A stretch of DNA of 64,000 nt, taken from the IMG/VR virus record IMGVR_UViG_3300017963_000188, positions 1-64,000 of that record. One strand, 5' to 3'. A program made the position numbers and the translations under genes. The notes under the pieces were generated by a model that was not told where the DNA came from, searched no databases, and was given only the letters and a program-made list of their open reading frames with translations. Shown one piece after another: positions 46,617 to 56,508 of this stretch (position 1 is its first letter; every line of letters begins with the position of its first letter).

Positions 46617-46865
46617 TCAGATTATCTCATAGTACAAAGGCTCAGGGGCATGGCTTGGGGCTTTATCATCATGCCAGCCTTCGATTTGAGATGCCCAATC
46701 TATGAATTTTTGAGCTTCATATTCAGTAAGCTTCACGTAGTTTGCATTGCCATGAGTCAATGGTTTGGTCTCATCACTGAAAGGTTCCATATCTCGGACA
46801 TTTTCCCACCATGTCTCAGCATTGTTTTCAGGGTCTACACTGATTTCCCAATATTCATTTCCCAT
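46617..46865 (-). CDS. hypothetical protein
   Basis: ORF in operon. Confidence 0.65.
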   Translation of the reverse strand: MGNEYWEISVDPENNAETWWENVRDMEPFSDETKPLTHGNANYVKLTEYEAQKFIDWASQIEGWHDDKAPSHAPEPLYYEII

Positions 46866-46873
46866 AACTTTTA

Positions 46874-47578
46874 TTATTCCTCCTCAGCTTCAAGCAAAGG
46901 TTCAATCAATTCCCGGTGCTTGGAGATCTCAGTATGGTGTTCACTGAAAATGGTTTGTTCTCCCTCAGTGGTTTTAACGATAAGGGTGCCATATTTCCAT
47001 TTGTTATCTAACTTAACCCATGGTTCATGCCCTTCATCTACAACCATCTTCTTGAGTTCAGCACAGCTCTTGTTTTGCATCTGCTTTTGGCTAAAATGCA
47101 TCTGTGCTAACATCTGCACAGAGTTAGTGATCCAATCTCTTTGCCTCCAGACAAAGTAGTTAGTCACATCATGCCTGGGGATGTTGAATGCACGACCATC
47201 GAAGTAAGCCAGTCGGTTCGAGGTATTCTTGATGTAGTAATTGAAATGAGTCGCAGCCATAGCAGCACTGACTGAACAAATCTTTTGAATGTTGTTGTCA
47301 AACCAGGCATCGGTCACAAAACGCTTGTAATCGACCAGCAGGACCGATATCTCATCAGACTGGACAAAGGCACACTGAGCCCCCTGGATTCGTTTCAGGA
47401 GCTGTTCTGAGGTCCTCACCATAGCCCAATTAAGGTCCTCACTGAACTTTGGGTATTTACGAGTGAAGGTATGGAAAGCCACCCCGTCTACCCTTACGAT
47501 GACAGGAGTTCTACGTACCAGGTAGAATCGTTGCCGGTCCTCATAGTTCTTTTTCATTCTGTCACCAAGGCTCTTCAT
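46874..47578 (-). CDS. thg1: tRNA(His) guanylyltransferase Thg1-like protein
   Basis: VRVDGVAFHTFT, QSDEIS, WFDNNIQKICS, FDGRAF, YFVWRQRD, KYGT. Confidence 0.93.
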   Translation of the reverse strand: MKSLGDRMKKNYEDRQRFYLVRRTPVIVRVDGVAFHTFTRKYPKFSEDLNWAMVRTSEQLLKRIQGAQCAFVQSDEISVLLVDYKRFVTDAWFDNNIQKICSVSAAMAATHFNYYIKNTSNRLAYFDGRAFNIPRHDVTNYFVWRQRDWITNSVQMLAQMHFSQKQMQNKSCAELKKMVVDEGHEPWVKLDNKWKYGTLIVKTTEGEQTIFSEHHTEISKHRELIEPLLEAEEE

Positions 47579-47775
47579 TTCTCGACCTCCCATTCCTCGT
47601 ATTGATGGTGAATTCCAGTCTCTTCTTTGAGTTGAGCACATCTTTTTTCTGCTAGCTCTTCAGTAGCACAGACTGTTACAACACAAGATATATCACAACC
47701 ATAGTCTTGTTTGTATTCTATTCGTTCAATGACATAGACGATAAAATCATCCCTATCATCCATGAGACTCTCCAT
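47575..47775 (-). CDS. hypothetical protein
   Basis: ORF in operon. Confidence 0.6.
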   Translation of the reverse strand: MESLMDDRDDFIVYVIERIEYKQDYGCDISCVVTVCATEELAEKRCAQLKEETGIHHQYEEWEVEK

Positions 47776-48565
47776 TTTTCTTCATCCATTCTGGTAATTC
47801 AACTTCCCTAGAACTATACCAATCAAAAAGCATATCTCGTTGACGTTGGTTTATTTTGTCCAGATAATATACCTCACCACCACTGATTTTGACCCATCCT
47901 CTTTTTTCTAACTTGATATCCTGGAACCCTAATCGGTCAGCCATATCAGTGTGTCCTCGTAACGGACATCTATAGTATTTACCATCTGGACTGAGCCACC
48001 CATCAATGGTCGTTATTTTGTATTCTGGTGGGGGTGGATCTTCAGGTTCAGTTGGATCTGGTTCAGGATATGATTCAAGTGATTCAAGTTCAGAATCGAA
48101 TCGTGAGTGTCGATACCATGAACCAAACATCGTTTGTCGATATGGTATATCTTCTAGACCAACTTCACCTTTCTCCCATTGTTTTTTTCTTCTCTTTGGT
48201 ATCTCGATACGACCCTTGACCGACCCTACCGCATGAGTTTCACCGATAGCTAATTGGAAGTAGTCTTGTTTTGTCTCGTACTTGTCACGGATAGTTTTGA
48301 TCGTGTGTTCGATACTGAGAGGATTACCAAGTTTGGACTCAGTAGTATCATCATCTTCTAAGGTCATACCATGGCTGTCACCAACCAGCTTGTACGACCC
48401 ACATAGGATTAGATACATCGTTCCTTCGACCATTTCAGGGAAAGCTGACCGAAGGATGTTTATGGCTTTCTCTGGCTGCTGGTCATCAGCCCAGAGTGTC
48501 CGTACTATGTCCGTGAGTCTTTCACCTGTAATGTTGAATGCTATAGCAGTCATATTTTCTCCCAT
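47756..48565 (-). CDS. hypothetical protein
   Basis: C-terminal GWLSPDGKYY.C...H..A..LG..LEKRGWVKI domain. Confidence 0.7.
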   Translation of the reverse strand: MGENMTAIAFNITGERLTDIVRTLWADDQQPEKAINILRSAFPEMVEGTMYLILCGSYKLVGDSHGMTLEDDDTTESKLGNPLSIEHTIKTIRDKYETKQDYFQLAIGETHAVGSVKGRIEIPKRRKKQWEKGEVGLEDIPYRQTMFGSWYRHSRFDSELESLESYPEPDPTEPEDPPPPEYKITTIDGWLSPDGKYYRCPLRGHTDMADRLGFQDIKLEKRGWVKISGGEVYYLDKINQRQRDMLFDWYSSREVELPEWMKKNGESHG

Positions 48566-48951
48566 GCTTCTATTGGTCCTTTGACAACTTTGAAGATTGG
48601 GTGTGATTTCTCAGATACTTTCTGAATGTATTTTGGATTTCTTGTTTCTAATTTTCTGATCAAGTGTTCTGTTTCGTACTTTATTTGCTGGTCAGACACT
48701 GGGATTTGACCCACAGAAGGATTTGTTACTTTGGATATATCAAACCTGTACCCACAAATTTGATTAGCGTATGAAGCGATATAGTGTAGATAAGCATCGA
48801 TAGTTTGTTGATCAAACCTTTGCAGTTGGGGGTGATGCTTGTACCCTTTTGTCATCCCTTGAAGAACTCGACGTGCAAGAAGACCTTCTCGCCAAACAGC
48901 GACCAATCCTTTTGGGTCAAGACACTGGGGATGTAAAGACCAAAGTCTCAT
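48550..48951 (-). CDS. pyrimidine dimer DNA glycosylase / endonuclease V family
   Basis: MRLWSLHP..LD.KGLVAVWREGLLA..VL.G.TKGY.HHPQL.RF. Confidence 0.92.
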   Translation of the reverse strand: MRLWSLHPQCLDPKGLVAVWREGLLARRVLQGMTKGYKHHPQLQRFDQQTIDAYLHYIASYANQICGYRFDISKVTNPSVGQIPVSDQQIKYETEHLIRKLETRNPKYIQKVSEKSHPIFKVVKGPIEAWEKI

Positions 48952-49730
48952 AGACTATCTCTGATGGTTTGTAGATATTCGTCAAACTTCTCTTTCCCCC
49001 AGGCATGGATCTCGATAGCACTGGCTTGGGTTTTGTCGAAGTTGTGCCAATCTTCATCTGCCCAAAATGAAGTGTCATCTCTCTCTGCCAGCTTGGCAAT
49101 TGCAGATATCATGAATGGTGATTCTCTCTCCACCTTGATCGAGATGACTCTCTTTCGAGGACCGTAGGTAATCTTGGCTCCCTTCTCCACAAAGGTATAC
49201 CACGGCTCATTGTTCTTACGGTCATTGTAATACTGATTTGGGATTTCAGTTGCCTCTGTAGTTTCAACAGTATCTTTCCAGAATTCTCGGTGCTTCACAC
49301 CAATAGGGTCTACAGGCATTGAAAGGTCTTTGGTGGACTCAGAATCAATTAAGACCCAATCCCTTGACTTGTCACTGGGGGTATATTCTTTTTCCCCTTT
49401 ACCTAAAGACATGGTGACACCATCATCTGAGTCATCCCTGATACGTAGAAAGACATTCATGCACTCTGGGATCTGTGGTGGTGTGAGAAGGGTCTTTTCT
49501 TCACGCATAACTCGAAGTAATGGCATGATCACGTCATTGACATAATCTTCTAAGGTCTTCTCATTTTTAGATTCAAGTGAATAGAATACCCAGGGGTGTA
49601 TTTCCATCACATAACGACCGCAGTTGCAACACGAGAAACTTGTGTAAGATAGTCCTGGCCCACAATATCCACCACCACCGGAATAGTCATGGGAACCACA
49701 AATGCAATTGGGGAGGTCTTCTTTTAGCAT
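48948..49730 (-). CDS. hypothetical protein with N-terminal zinc ribbon
   Basis: CICG..CCNCG. Confidence 0.7.
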   Translation of the reverse strand: MLKEDLPNCICGSHDYSGGGGYCGPGLSYTSFSCCNCGRYVMEIHPWVFYSLESKNEKTLEDYVNDVIMPLLRVMREEKTLLTPPQIPECMNVFLRIRDDSDDGVTMSLGKGEKEYTPSDKSRDWVLIDSESTKDLSMPVDPIGVKHREFWKDTVETTEATEIPNQYYNDRKNNEPWYTFVEKGAKITYGPRKRVISIKVERESPFMISAIAKLAERDDTSFWADEDWHNFDKTQASAIEIHAWGKEKFDEYLQTIRDSL

Positions 49731-49739
49731 GGCTTTCTC

Positions 49740-50573
49740 CTAGAAAAGTATTGTTGCTTTTGAGTTCCAACTTGTATAGACGTGTCCGTCCTGATTGAAG
49801 ATCAGAGAGCGTACATCTTCATTGTTGCTTCGTTCCTGAATGCAGTAATCAGAATGCAAGAATCCAATTCCCTTGTAGTCGTAGATAGCATTGTCCCAGG
49901 CCAGTGTCCTGACCAGTCTTGCTTGTTCAATGATTGACTGGTATTGATGTTGGAACTCCTGGTACTGTGAAGTTGCATAGAATGGGTACACCTTTTCATG
50001 AATGTATTGAGCGGTTCTATTCGTACAGTTCTCCGCAACCATGATTTTCCTGAATGTGACCTGGGAGATATTGTGCTTATGAGCATAAGAGATAATTCCA
50101 GCAATCCCATCTACCAATACTTCATGGACGAGATGAGGGAGTAAATTGATCGTGAGTCTGATATGCAGGCTCTTTTTGTAGCATTCGTCAAAGCTGTCAG
50201 CAAATGATTCAAGCTGTTTAAGAGAGTTGATCGATACGGCAATGGTATCGAACCCAAAAGCATAGAGCTTTTCAATATTATTTCTTCCTTTTGGTTGTTG
50301 GAAAAGATACCCGTTGGTCTGAAGTTCCATAGGGAAATCCTCAAACTCTTGTGAGAGACGGTAAAGGTCTTCATTCATTGTTGGCTCACCCTTGCTTGTG
50401 AACAAGACATGAGAGACATGTGCAGCTCGTGCCAGCGTCTTTACCTTTTCAATGTTTCGGTACATCCGACCAAAATTTGGTTCTACTTCTGGAGTCATCT
50501 TCGAGATACAGAAAGGACAGTTTTGATCGCATCCGTTGTTTGGAACACAAATGGTTAGGATCTCAGCTTTCAT
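49740..50573 (-). CDS. radical SAM protein
   Basis: CDQNCPFC (CxxxCxxC), FTSKGEP, LQTNG. Confidence 0.88.
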   Translation of the reverse strand: MKAEILTICVPNNGCDQNCPFCISKMTPEVEPNFGRMYRNIEKVKTLARAAHVSHVLFTSKGEPTMNEDLYRLSQEFEDFPMELQTNGYLFQQPKGRNNIEKLYAFGFDTIAVSINSLKQLESFADSFDECYKKSLHIRLTINLLPHLVHEVLVDGIAGIISYAHKHNISQVTFRKIMVAENCTNRTAQYIHEKVYPFYATSQYQEFQHQYQSIIEQARLVRTLAWDNAIYDYKGIGFLHSDYCIQERSNNEDVRSLIFNQDGHVYTSWNSKATILF

Positions 50574-50854
50574 CACTCTTCTCCGATACATCGTTCAATC
50601 AACTCTACCCAATAATGGTCAAAGTCATGGTCGTCCCAGCCCTCACACTCTTTCTGACCACGCATGAAGTTTCGGATCTGCATACCTTCTCGGAAATGAA
50701 CTGGATGAGGAAGCCCACTTTCATTCCAGACAGCATTGACACAACCATAGTCTTTTTTCACACCTATGAAGAAAGCTATTCCGATAGGACCCAAAAACTG
50801 TTTGGTCTTCTCAACCAGACTATCCGGTATTACCTTTCGATTTTCCATCCCCAA
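50573..50854 (-). CDS. hypothetical protein
   Basis: HPVHFREGMQIRNFMR. Confidence 0.65.
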   Translation of the reverse strand: MGMENRKVIPDSLVEKTKQFLGPIGIAFFIGVKKDYGCVNAVWNESGLPHPVHFREGMQIRNFMRGQKECEGWDDHDFDHYWVELIERCIGEE

Positions 50855-51105
50855 GTCTTTCCTCTCGTATATTCACGGATCATAGATTTGATATCATAAC
50901 TGGTTCTTTTTTGAAACAATGTGAAGGTCTCCGTCTTTACATCATAGGAGACAGATCCGATAAAGAAGCTTGGGCCTTTGGGGAATTTGATTCCTATTCC
51001 AGGCACTGGTACAAATGGTAATGCAGCTTCTTTCACCAGCGTACAATCCTCTGGTGTCCTGACGTTTGGGTGTTCAATCCTCACCCTCAGTGTCACTTTC
51101 CACAT
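50830..51105 (-). CDS. hypothetical protein
   Basis: AGGAG RBS. Confidence 0.6.
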   Translation of the reverse strand: MWKVTLRVRIEHPNVRTPEDCTLVKEAALPFVPVPGIGIKFPKGPSFFIGSVSYDVKTETFTLFQKRTSYDIKSMIREYTRGKTWGWKIER

Positions 51106-51781
51106 TCCCAGCTCCTAAAGCTAGTTGTTTAAGTTTGCCCAAGCCAGTCTTCATAGCCACTGTGGTAACGAATGAATCTACCTCGGCCTTAGCTTGCTCT
51201 ACGATAGTCTCTGTTGATTCTCGGAACAGTCGGATCATGTAGGGAGTATTGCTGGCCACCTCCCGCATTACCATATCCAAAAGACTTTTGATCTCTTGTC
51301 GATCAGATTTCTTGATGGTTTTCTGCTCAAGGATCTCTAACACTCGTTGTCTACCAGCATCAAGATCCTGAGTGAATTTGCTCAGTCTCTGTCGGAAGTG
51401 TTCTTCGACTCTCTCAATTTCTTTTTTCTGAACCGGGGGTGCTTCAACTCCTTGATACTTCCCATCCTTCCAAACACGCTCAATAGTACAAGGAACCCCA
51501 TCTCCCATGTTCATGGTAGTAAGAAGCTGAGCAAACTGGGAAGCTGTCATCCTGATACGAATCAGATGTTTCCTTCCCATGTAATAATCTTTGCCGTCGT
51601 GGTGTCGCTCACCTTCTTTGATCTCTAGTGAGATGTATGTTCCTTGACCTTGAACCTCTGAACCAAAGAAGAATCGAGGAGAACCTTGAACTCGATGGAA
51701 AACTACCATCCCATAGCTGGGATGTGATTCAATGGTTCCGTCATCATTTTCCTCAATGATGGGTTCAGTCTTAGTAGTCAT
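51074..51781 (-). CDS. conserved phage hypothetical protein
   Basis: SHPSYGMVVFHRVQG..FFGS..MTASQFAQLLT.MN.GDGVPCTI. Confidence 0.75.
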   Translation of the reverse strand: MTTKTEPIIEENDDGTIESHPSYGMVVFHRVQGSPRFFFGSEVQGQGTYISLEIKEGERHHDGKDYYMGRKHLIRIRMTASQFAQLLTTMNMGDGVPCTIERVWKDGKYQGVEAPPVQKKEIERVEEHFRQRLSKFTQDLDAGRQRVLEILEQKTIKKSDRQEIKSLLDMVMREVASNTPYMIRLFRESTETIVEQAKAEVDSFVTTVAMKTGLGKLKQLALGAGNVESDTEGED

Positions 51782-52100
51782 CTTCAAACTCCATCGCTTC
51801 TCGTGCCAGAGCATAGGGCTCGTACCCCAAAGCTCTGATCAAGTTATTAATCAATGCATGGAAGGTCCGAGCCTCTTCCTTATGGAAAAGTGTGTAGGAC
51901 CATGCCTGCGAACCAAAGAATGGGGCTTCTTCAATATCCGGTTCGATCTGTTTCAACAGTTCTTTAAGATGGAGATGTGCTGAAGCACCTCCTTCTGGAA
52001 CCCATGTCAAAAGCCTGAGCAATGCTTTTTTGACATCAGCATTGCAGTCATGGGTCAGAATGCTATTGCATTTCGTGCATTTGATCTCGTAGCTCATCAC
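51771..52100 (-). CDS. hypothetical protein
   Basis: ORF in operon. Confidence 0.6.
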   Translation of the reverse strand: MMSYEIKCTKCNSILTHDCNADVKKALLRLLTWVPEGGASAHLHLKELLKQIEPDIEEAPFFGSQAWSYTLFHKEEARTFHALINNLIRALGYEPYALAREAMEFEDDY

Positions 52101-52270
52101 ACTTTCTCCGTTCTGACCAATTCTTTGATCTCAAAACTCTTGAGGAGTTGCTTGAAGACGATATCCTTATCATACATCAGGTCACGTACCTCAACAGTCT
52201 TCTCCCACCAATCCTCATCCTTCCCCTTGGTCTTGACAAGCCATGTAACATTCCATCGGCGTTTCTTCAT
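52097..52270 (-). CDS. 57-aa hypothetical protein (absent from the track)
   Basis: MKKRRWNVTWLVKT...; GGAG RBS; fills the operon gap. Confidence 0.55.
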   Translation of the reverse strand: MKKRRWNVTWLVKTKGKDEDWWEKTVEVRDLMYDKDIVFKQLLKSFEIKELVRTEKV

Positions 52271-52273
52271 GAC

Positions 52274-52441
52274 CTACTCCGAGTCGTCAAAGTTCATGAA
52301 CCGCTGGAGTTTTATGAGAAGTTCCATTGAGAGTTTGTCAGTGTATGGTCCAAGCTCACCCCATATCTCTTCAAGCAGTTCTTCGGCTTCCTTGAGATGG
52401 TTTATCTCCATCAGCAAATTTTCTATGGTATCGAGTTCCAT
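52274..52441 (-). CDS. 55-aa acidic hypothetical protein (absent from the track)
   Basis: MELDTIENLL...; promoter and AGGAGG upstream. Confidence 0.65.
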   Translation of the reverse strand: MELDTIENLLMEINHLKEAEELLEEIWGELGPYTDKLSMELLIKLQRFMNFDDSE

Positions 52442-52459
52442 TTACAAACCTCCTAGATC

Positions 52460-52488
52460 TATATACTGAGACAAGCTCAGATTTTAAA
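52460..52488 (-). promoter_or_regulatory. phage promoter TTTAAA-N17-TATATA
   Basis: exact consensus. Confidence 0.8.
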
Positions 52489-52557
52489 CCTCTATATTAT
52501 ACCAGCCAATTTTCTATTATTATTTTTCTCTATATAAATGTGTGGGAAATGGAGACT

Positions 52558-52860
52558 ATGATGAAAAAGTTCTACAAAGACGCAATCAAGATGCTCCGAG
52601 AAGTTGAAGATGGGGAATGGAAGATAAAACAAGTCTTTGATACGTTAGAGAAATCTTCTTGGACCAAAGATAGAGATGACTCTGATGACATTCCTGGTCT
52701 ATCAGAAGTCATGGAAGATTTTGAATCCACTCTCAAAGAACTCAAACCATTGATACAAGAAGTCTCTGGGATATGGGACAAGCTATCCTCATATGTAGAT
52801 GAAATTGAAGAAATGGGTCTTGAAGATGGTTGGCTAGAACAATCAGACCTGGAAGATTAA
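52558..52860 (+). CDS. acidic coiled-coil protein
   Basis: GGAG RBS. Confidence 0.65.
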   Translation: MMKKFYKDAIKMLREVEDGEWKIKQVFDTLEKSSWTKDRDDSDDIPGLSEVMEDFESTLKELKPLIQEVSGIWDKLSSYVDEIEEMGLEDGWLEQSDLED

Positions 52861-52869
52861 GGAGAACCA

Positions 52870-53496
52870 ATGCGAGTTTACACTGGACCAGCAATCGAGA
52901 AGGGTGATACATGCATTAAAGCTGAAGTAACACCAGGAGTGAAATACCTTTATGAAAAAGGTTTTTTCAAAAGTCCTGTTGTAGATTGGGGCTGTGGTAA
53001 ACATGTCAGAAATGCCAATTGGCTAAGAGCTAAAGGATTAAAAGTCTATGCTTATGATCCAAATTATGATACTGGCAGTGGCTATGGTGGTATCTCAAAT
53101 GTTGAGCCTACAGATAGATTCGAAACAGGTTTTTCTAGTTATGTTCTGAATGTAGTTAGGTTGGAAGATGAAGAATATATCATCCACAAGCTCTTAGAGC
53201 TATGTGCCGAATCCTACCATATAATCAGAACCGATGTTTTGGCTCAGGTCAAGAAGTGGCTTGAAAAGAACAATGTCACTGCTACAAAGTGGTTCAAAAC
53301 TGAGTTTGCTACTAAGAAAGAAATCAAGCTTCTCGACAAGGGTGAACTCCCTGATGAATTGATTGAAGAGTTTGCTCGATACGGTGTGAAGACTTCAAGA
53401 GGTAGAGGTCGATACGGATTCCAACGCCATTGTAAACTTGATCTTCCTTTAATCCTCAAAACAAATAACTTCAGTATCTTCAAGGGTGCTCAATAA
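52870..53496 (+). CDS. class I SAM-dependent methyltransferase
   Basis: VVDWGCGK, YAYDPNY, SYVLNVV. Confidence 0.78.
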   Translation: MRVYTGPAIEKGDTCIKAEVTPGVKYLYEKGFFKSPVVDWGCGKHVRNANWLRAKGLKVYAYDPNYDTGSGYGGISNVEPTDRFETGFSSYVLNVVRLEDEEYIIHKLLELCAESYHIIRTDVLAQVKKWLEKNNVTATKWFKTEFATKKEIKLLDKGELPDELIEEFARYGVKTSRGRGRYGFQRHCKLDLPLILKTNNFSIFKGAQ

Positions 53497-53816
53497 TCAG
53501 ATTCAAAAGGTCCTTGGATTCGATCACCACAATGGCAGTAGTGGAATTCTCGTTTCGTAGAGTCATCATAGAAAGCAAGGTCCAACTTTTTCCACTCTAC
53601 TACAGTATATGAAAGACCACATTCACATTTGAGTTTAATTGACGGGTCTTCTTCTCTCGAATGTTCTTCACAAACATATCTAGGATGCTTTGTGACCTTG
53701 GGTTTTGTAGCCCATCCCTCAACGTCTTCAGGGTGACGGTCTCTACAGCTACATTCATAGCTTGCTGGTTTTTTACAACCAGGATACCCACATCGTTTGA
53801 TCTTAAAGTCAATCAT
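53490..53816 (-). CDS. Cys-rich zinc-binding protein
   Basis: CGYPGC, CSC, CECG, CHCG. Confidence 0.6.
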   Translation of the reverse strand: MIDFKIKRCGYPGCKKPASYECSCRDRHPEDVEGWATKPKVTKHPRYVCEEHSREEDPSIKLKCECGLSYTVVEWKKLDLAFYDDSTKREFHYCHCGDRIQGPFESDY

Positions 53817-54376
53817 GAGTATTCCCTCAGAGCATGGATAGTTAGCACCCACTCAAGGTTGTCTTCGTCGTTGAACTTGAACTTCCCATTTTCAAACCGG
53901 AAATTGTGGATACCATCAACGTAATCATACAGCTCTTCCCGGACATACTTCTCGACCTGTTCTGTCGAGGTAAAGTAATAGTTGGGATTGATCCCATCCC
54001 TGGTACCACTCTCATCTCCAACCAAAAACTTGGCTGGGAGATTCGGCTCGTCAGAGAGGTTGTTTCTCTGCATATAGAATTTCCGAGCCCTCTCATAAAT
54101 CTCTTTTCGGTTTTTAAGATCTTTGTATGTTTCCCTGATGATGATCTCTTCTTCTTGATTAATTGGTGGCACATCATCCCAGGGGTGGGCCAGATCCATC
54201 ATGGTCTTAGCTTCTCGGAGCCCAAGACCAGTCCTGTACCGATACATCTTGAGGGATTCGATCCGCATGGTTTGGGCAACAGCCTTTTCAAAAATGCTAT
54301 ATTTTGGCAAGTCTTCAATGTTCATTTCTGGTATCCTCTCTCTTCTAAGATCACCCAACGATTTTGTATAAGTCAT
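53813..54376 (-). CDS. hypothetical protein with a ribosomal L7/L12 C-terminal-like motif
   Basis: IESLKMYRYRTGLGLREAKTMMD resembles the KI.AIK..R..TGLGLKEAK..VE motif. Confidence 0.45.
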   Translation of the reverse strand: MTYTKSLGDLRRERIPEMNIEDLPKYSIFEKAVAQTMRIESLKMYRYRTGLGLREAKTMMDLAHPWDDVPPINQEEEIIIRETYKDLKNRKEIYERARKFYMQRNNLSDEPNLPAKFLVGDESGTRDGINPNYYFTSTEQVEKYVREELYDYVDGIHNFRFENGKFKFNDEDNLEWVLTIHALREYS

Positions 54377-54576
54377 TCCCCATTCCGTTCTCTGAGTTCG
54401 AGGGCTTTGACACGAGCAGCCCATTTACAACATGCCTGAACATCAACGATCTTCTTCGTGTCGTTGTAGTGGACGTGATACCAGTCACCAACTGACTTTG
54501 TGACTGACATCTTCACCTGACCAACATCTTTGCAAGTGTCCTTGAGCAGCATTTGACAGAAACGATGGTTGTTCAT
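54373..54576 (-). CDS. hypothetical protein
   Basis: ORF in operon. Confidence 0.55.
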   Translation of the reverse strand: MNNHRFCQMLLKDTCKDVGQVKMSVTKSVGDWYHVHYNDTKKIVDVQACCKWAARVKALELRERNGE

Positions 54577-54938
54577 TTTTCTACCACCTTTCTGAGATAA
54601 TCAGCAGCATCGTAGAGTCCCAGCTTATTGGCTGCTCCGATGAGCTGAGTAAGCTGTGTCGTGAGATCATACTGCACCTGGGGGCACTGCCTCATCTGAC
54701 CAATAACATACTCTGTGGAGTCTGTCTCGACCCTCTGAGACATTTTCTCTGCCACATCCTTGCCATCCCATCCACAGGTACAATGGTAGCAACGTACATC
54801 ATCATCTTCATGGAGCTGGAGACAGTCATCGTTGACAGAACTTTCGATCACGAACTCATCAGGACCAGCCCCACAAGCAGGACACTTCCACTCATGACGA
54901 TGAGGTTGAAACTTGGTATGAGCATGATTACAAAACAT
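54573..54938 (-). CDS. zinc-ribbon protein
   Basis: CPACG..CYHC; AGGAG RBS. Confidence 0.65.
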   Translation of the reverse strand: MFCNHAHTKFQPHRHEWKCPACGAGPDEFVIESSVNDDCLQLHEDDDVRCYHCTCGWDGKDVAEKMSQRVETDSTEYVIGQMRQCPQVQYDLTTQLTQLIGAANKLGLYDAADYLRKVVEK

Positions 54939-54992
54939 GTCTTTCTCCTAGTTCTAGAGATTTCTAAGCTTCGTCTCAAAACCTCCTATTGA

Positions 54993-55021
54993 TCTATACC
55001 GATCCAAATTCATTTTTTAAA
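54993..55021 (-). promoter_or_regulatory. phage promoter TTTAAA-N17-TATAGA
   Basis: exact consensus followed by AGGAGG. Confidence 0.8.
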
Positions 55022-55052
55022 GTGGTATAATGAGAAAAGGAGGTATTATGTA

Positions 55053-55490
55053 ATGATCTGCAAAGAAATCAATTTTTTAGACAAGCTGTTTAATGTAGAT
55101 AGAGTCCTAGTTGAAACAGACAGATTGTTGACCTGGACCTTCATGCAAAAGAATACTTTGATGTTGGCCCATCGTATCGAAGAAGGTATCCTGATTGTCT
55201 GCACCACTCCAGATGAAATAAAGGATATTTGTAGTGGTGGATCATTTCGAAATCTATTTTTCCGACCACCACTTTATTGGGTCAAAACAGATGGTGTGAA
55301 GATCTTAGGGATTGCTGTGACAAATCCTATAGAAACTCCTGTGAACGTCCCAGAACGATTATATCCGGTAAGCCAGTACATACAGGTGCAATACCCAATG
55401 TCTTCAATAGAGGGAAATCTGAGAACCATATATCTATCTGAATTCAAGAATCGACAATTCAATATAAGGGACTCTGACCAAAAATCCTAA
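55053..55490 (+). CDS. hypothetical protein
   Basis: TATAAT and AGGAGG upstream. Confidence 0.65.
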   Translation: MICKEINFLDKLFNVDRVLVETDRLLTWTFMQKNTLMLAHRIEEGILIVCTTPDEIKDICSGGSFRNLFFRPPLYWVKTDGVKILGIAVTNPIETPVNVPERLYPVSQYIQVQYPMSSIEGNLRTIYLSEFKNRQFNIRDSDQKS

Positions 55491-55549
55491 ATTCCCTTTT
55501 GATTTTTAATATAATTTATGCCATTCTGTCTTTAAGGTAGGAGGGTATT

Positions 55550-55888
55550 ATGGAAATAGAATTTCTCAATTCTGCTGATTTAGCACATTCAGCATGCCTT
55601 GTCATTGCACGTAACATCTCATTTGACGGTATATGTTCTACTAGACCTCTGAAGTATCGAGCAAAAACTGCTAGAATAGAATTGAATGCCAAGAATGTTG
55701 ATGAGCTTGTGCCTGAATATGATAGAATTGAAGGGCCTTATTTCCATGAGGGTCTTTTCACAGGGATGTCAAAAGAAGAAATGATACCTCCACCACCCCC
55801 TACTAATGAAAGGTCTTCATTTGAAATTGAAGGGGTATTATATAGCAAAGATGGCCCCACGGATTTCTTCGGGACTTTTAATTATTGA
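55550..55888 (+). CDS. hypothetical protein
   Basis: AGGAGG RBS. Confidence 0.65.
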   Translation: MEIEFLNSADLAHSACLVIARNISFDGICSTRPLKYRAKTARIELNAKNVDELVPEYDRIEGPYFHEGLFTGMSKEEMIPPPPPTNERSSFEIEGVLYSKDGPTDFFGTFNY

Positions 55889-56508
55889 GGATTGCTATGA
55901 AAGAACTATATTTTTACTGTATCACATTCAACAAAGAAGCCAAGGTCCAACCAAAGACTAACAACAATAATTTTAGGAAGGAACCAAGGCTTGGTGTTAG
56001 TATCTTGGAGAGGTATTTCAAAGATAAAAGAATTGGTTATTTCCGTACCATTGTGGAACCTGACAACACTTTGATTCTTGCTGTGAAAAGTCCTCAAGAA
56101 TTGTACCATACTCTAGCTATTTATGATGATGGCTCCATTACAGGTATTCAGTTTCTTAGCCTAGAAACTGCTAAGACATTTGATTCATTTGAAGTTGTTG
56201 AAGGTAAGGAATATAAAAAAGGAGTGGTGCGGAATATTTCCTTTTACCCATATAAAGATTATGTACTCGTAGCTGACAGGACCCTACAAAAAACAGAAAT
56301 GAGGACTTCAATAAGAGGTGAGACTGTAGACACCCTAGTACCTGAAGATGAACGTATAGAAGAGATATCTTATTTCCACCCAGCTCTTTTTGATGGAGGT
56401 ACAGAAGAGGATATGACCCCTTCTAGAAAAGAAACTGAAGACCAGTATAAGGAATTCATTTCTTCTATTGCCCCTCCAATCGAGAATGTAGAGAAACGTC
56501 TACAATAA
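55885..56508 (+). CDS. hypothetical protein
   Basis: ORF in operon. Confidence 0.65.
   Translation: MRIAMKELYFYCITFNKEAKVQPKTNNNNFRKEPRLGVSILERYFKDKRIGYFRTIVEPDNTLILAVKSPQELYHTLAIYDDGSITGIQFLSLETAKTFDSFEVVEGKEYKKGVVRNISFYPYKDYVLVADRTLQKTEMRTSIRGETVDTLVPEDERIEEISYFHPALFDGGTEEDMTPSRKETEDQYKEFISSIAPPIENVEKRLQ

Noticed and set aside
54200-54260. Internal MYRY in 53813-54376 and MYRRRV at 50591
   Set aside because: The first is part of the L7/L12-like motif; the second is an upstream in-frame extension of the radical SAM gene overlapping the previous ORF. Neither has the VRA/KxA ending
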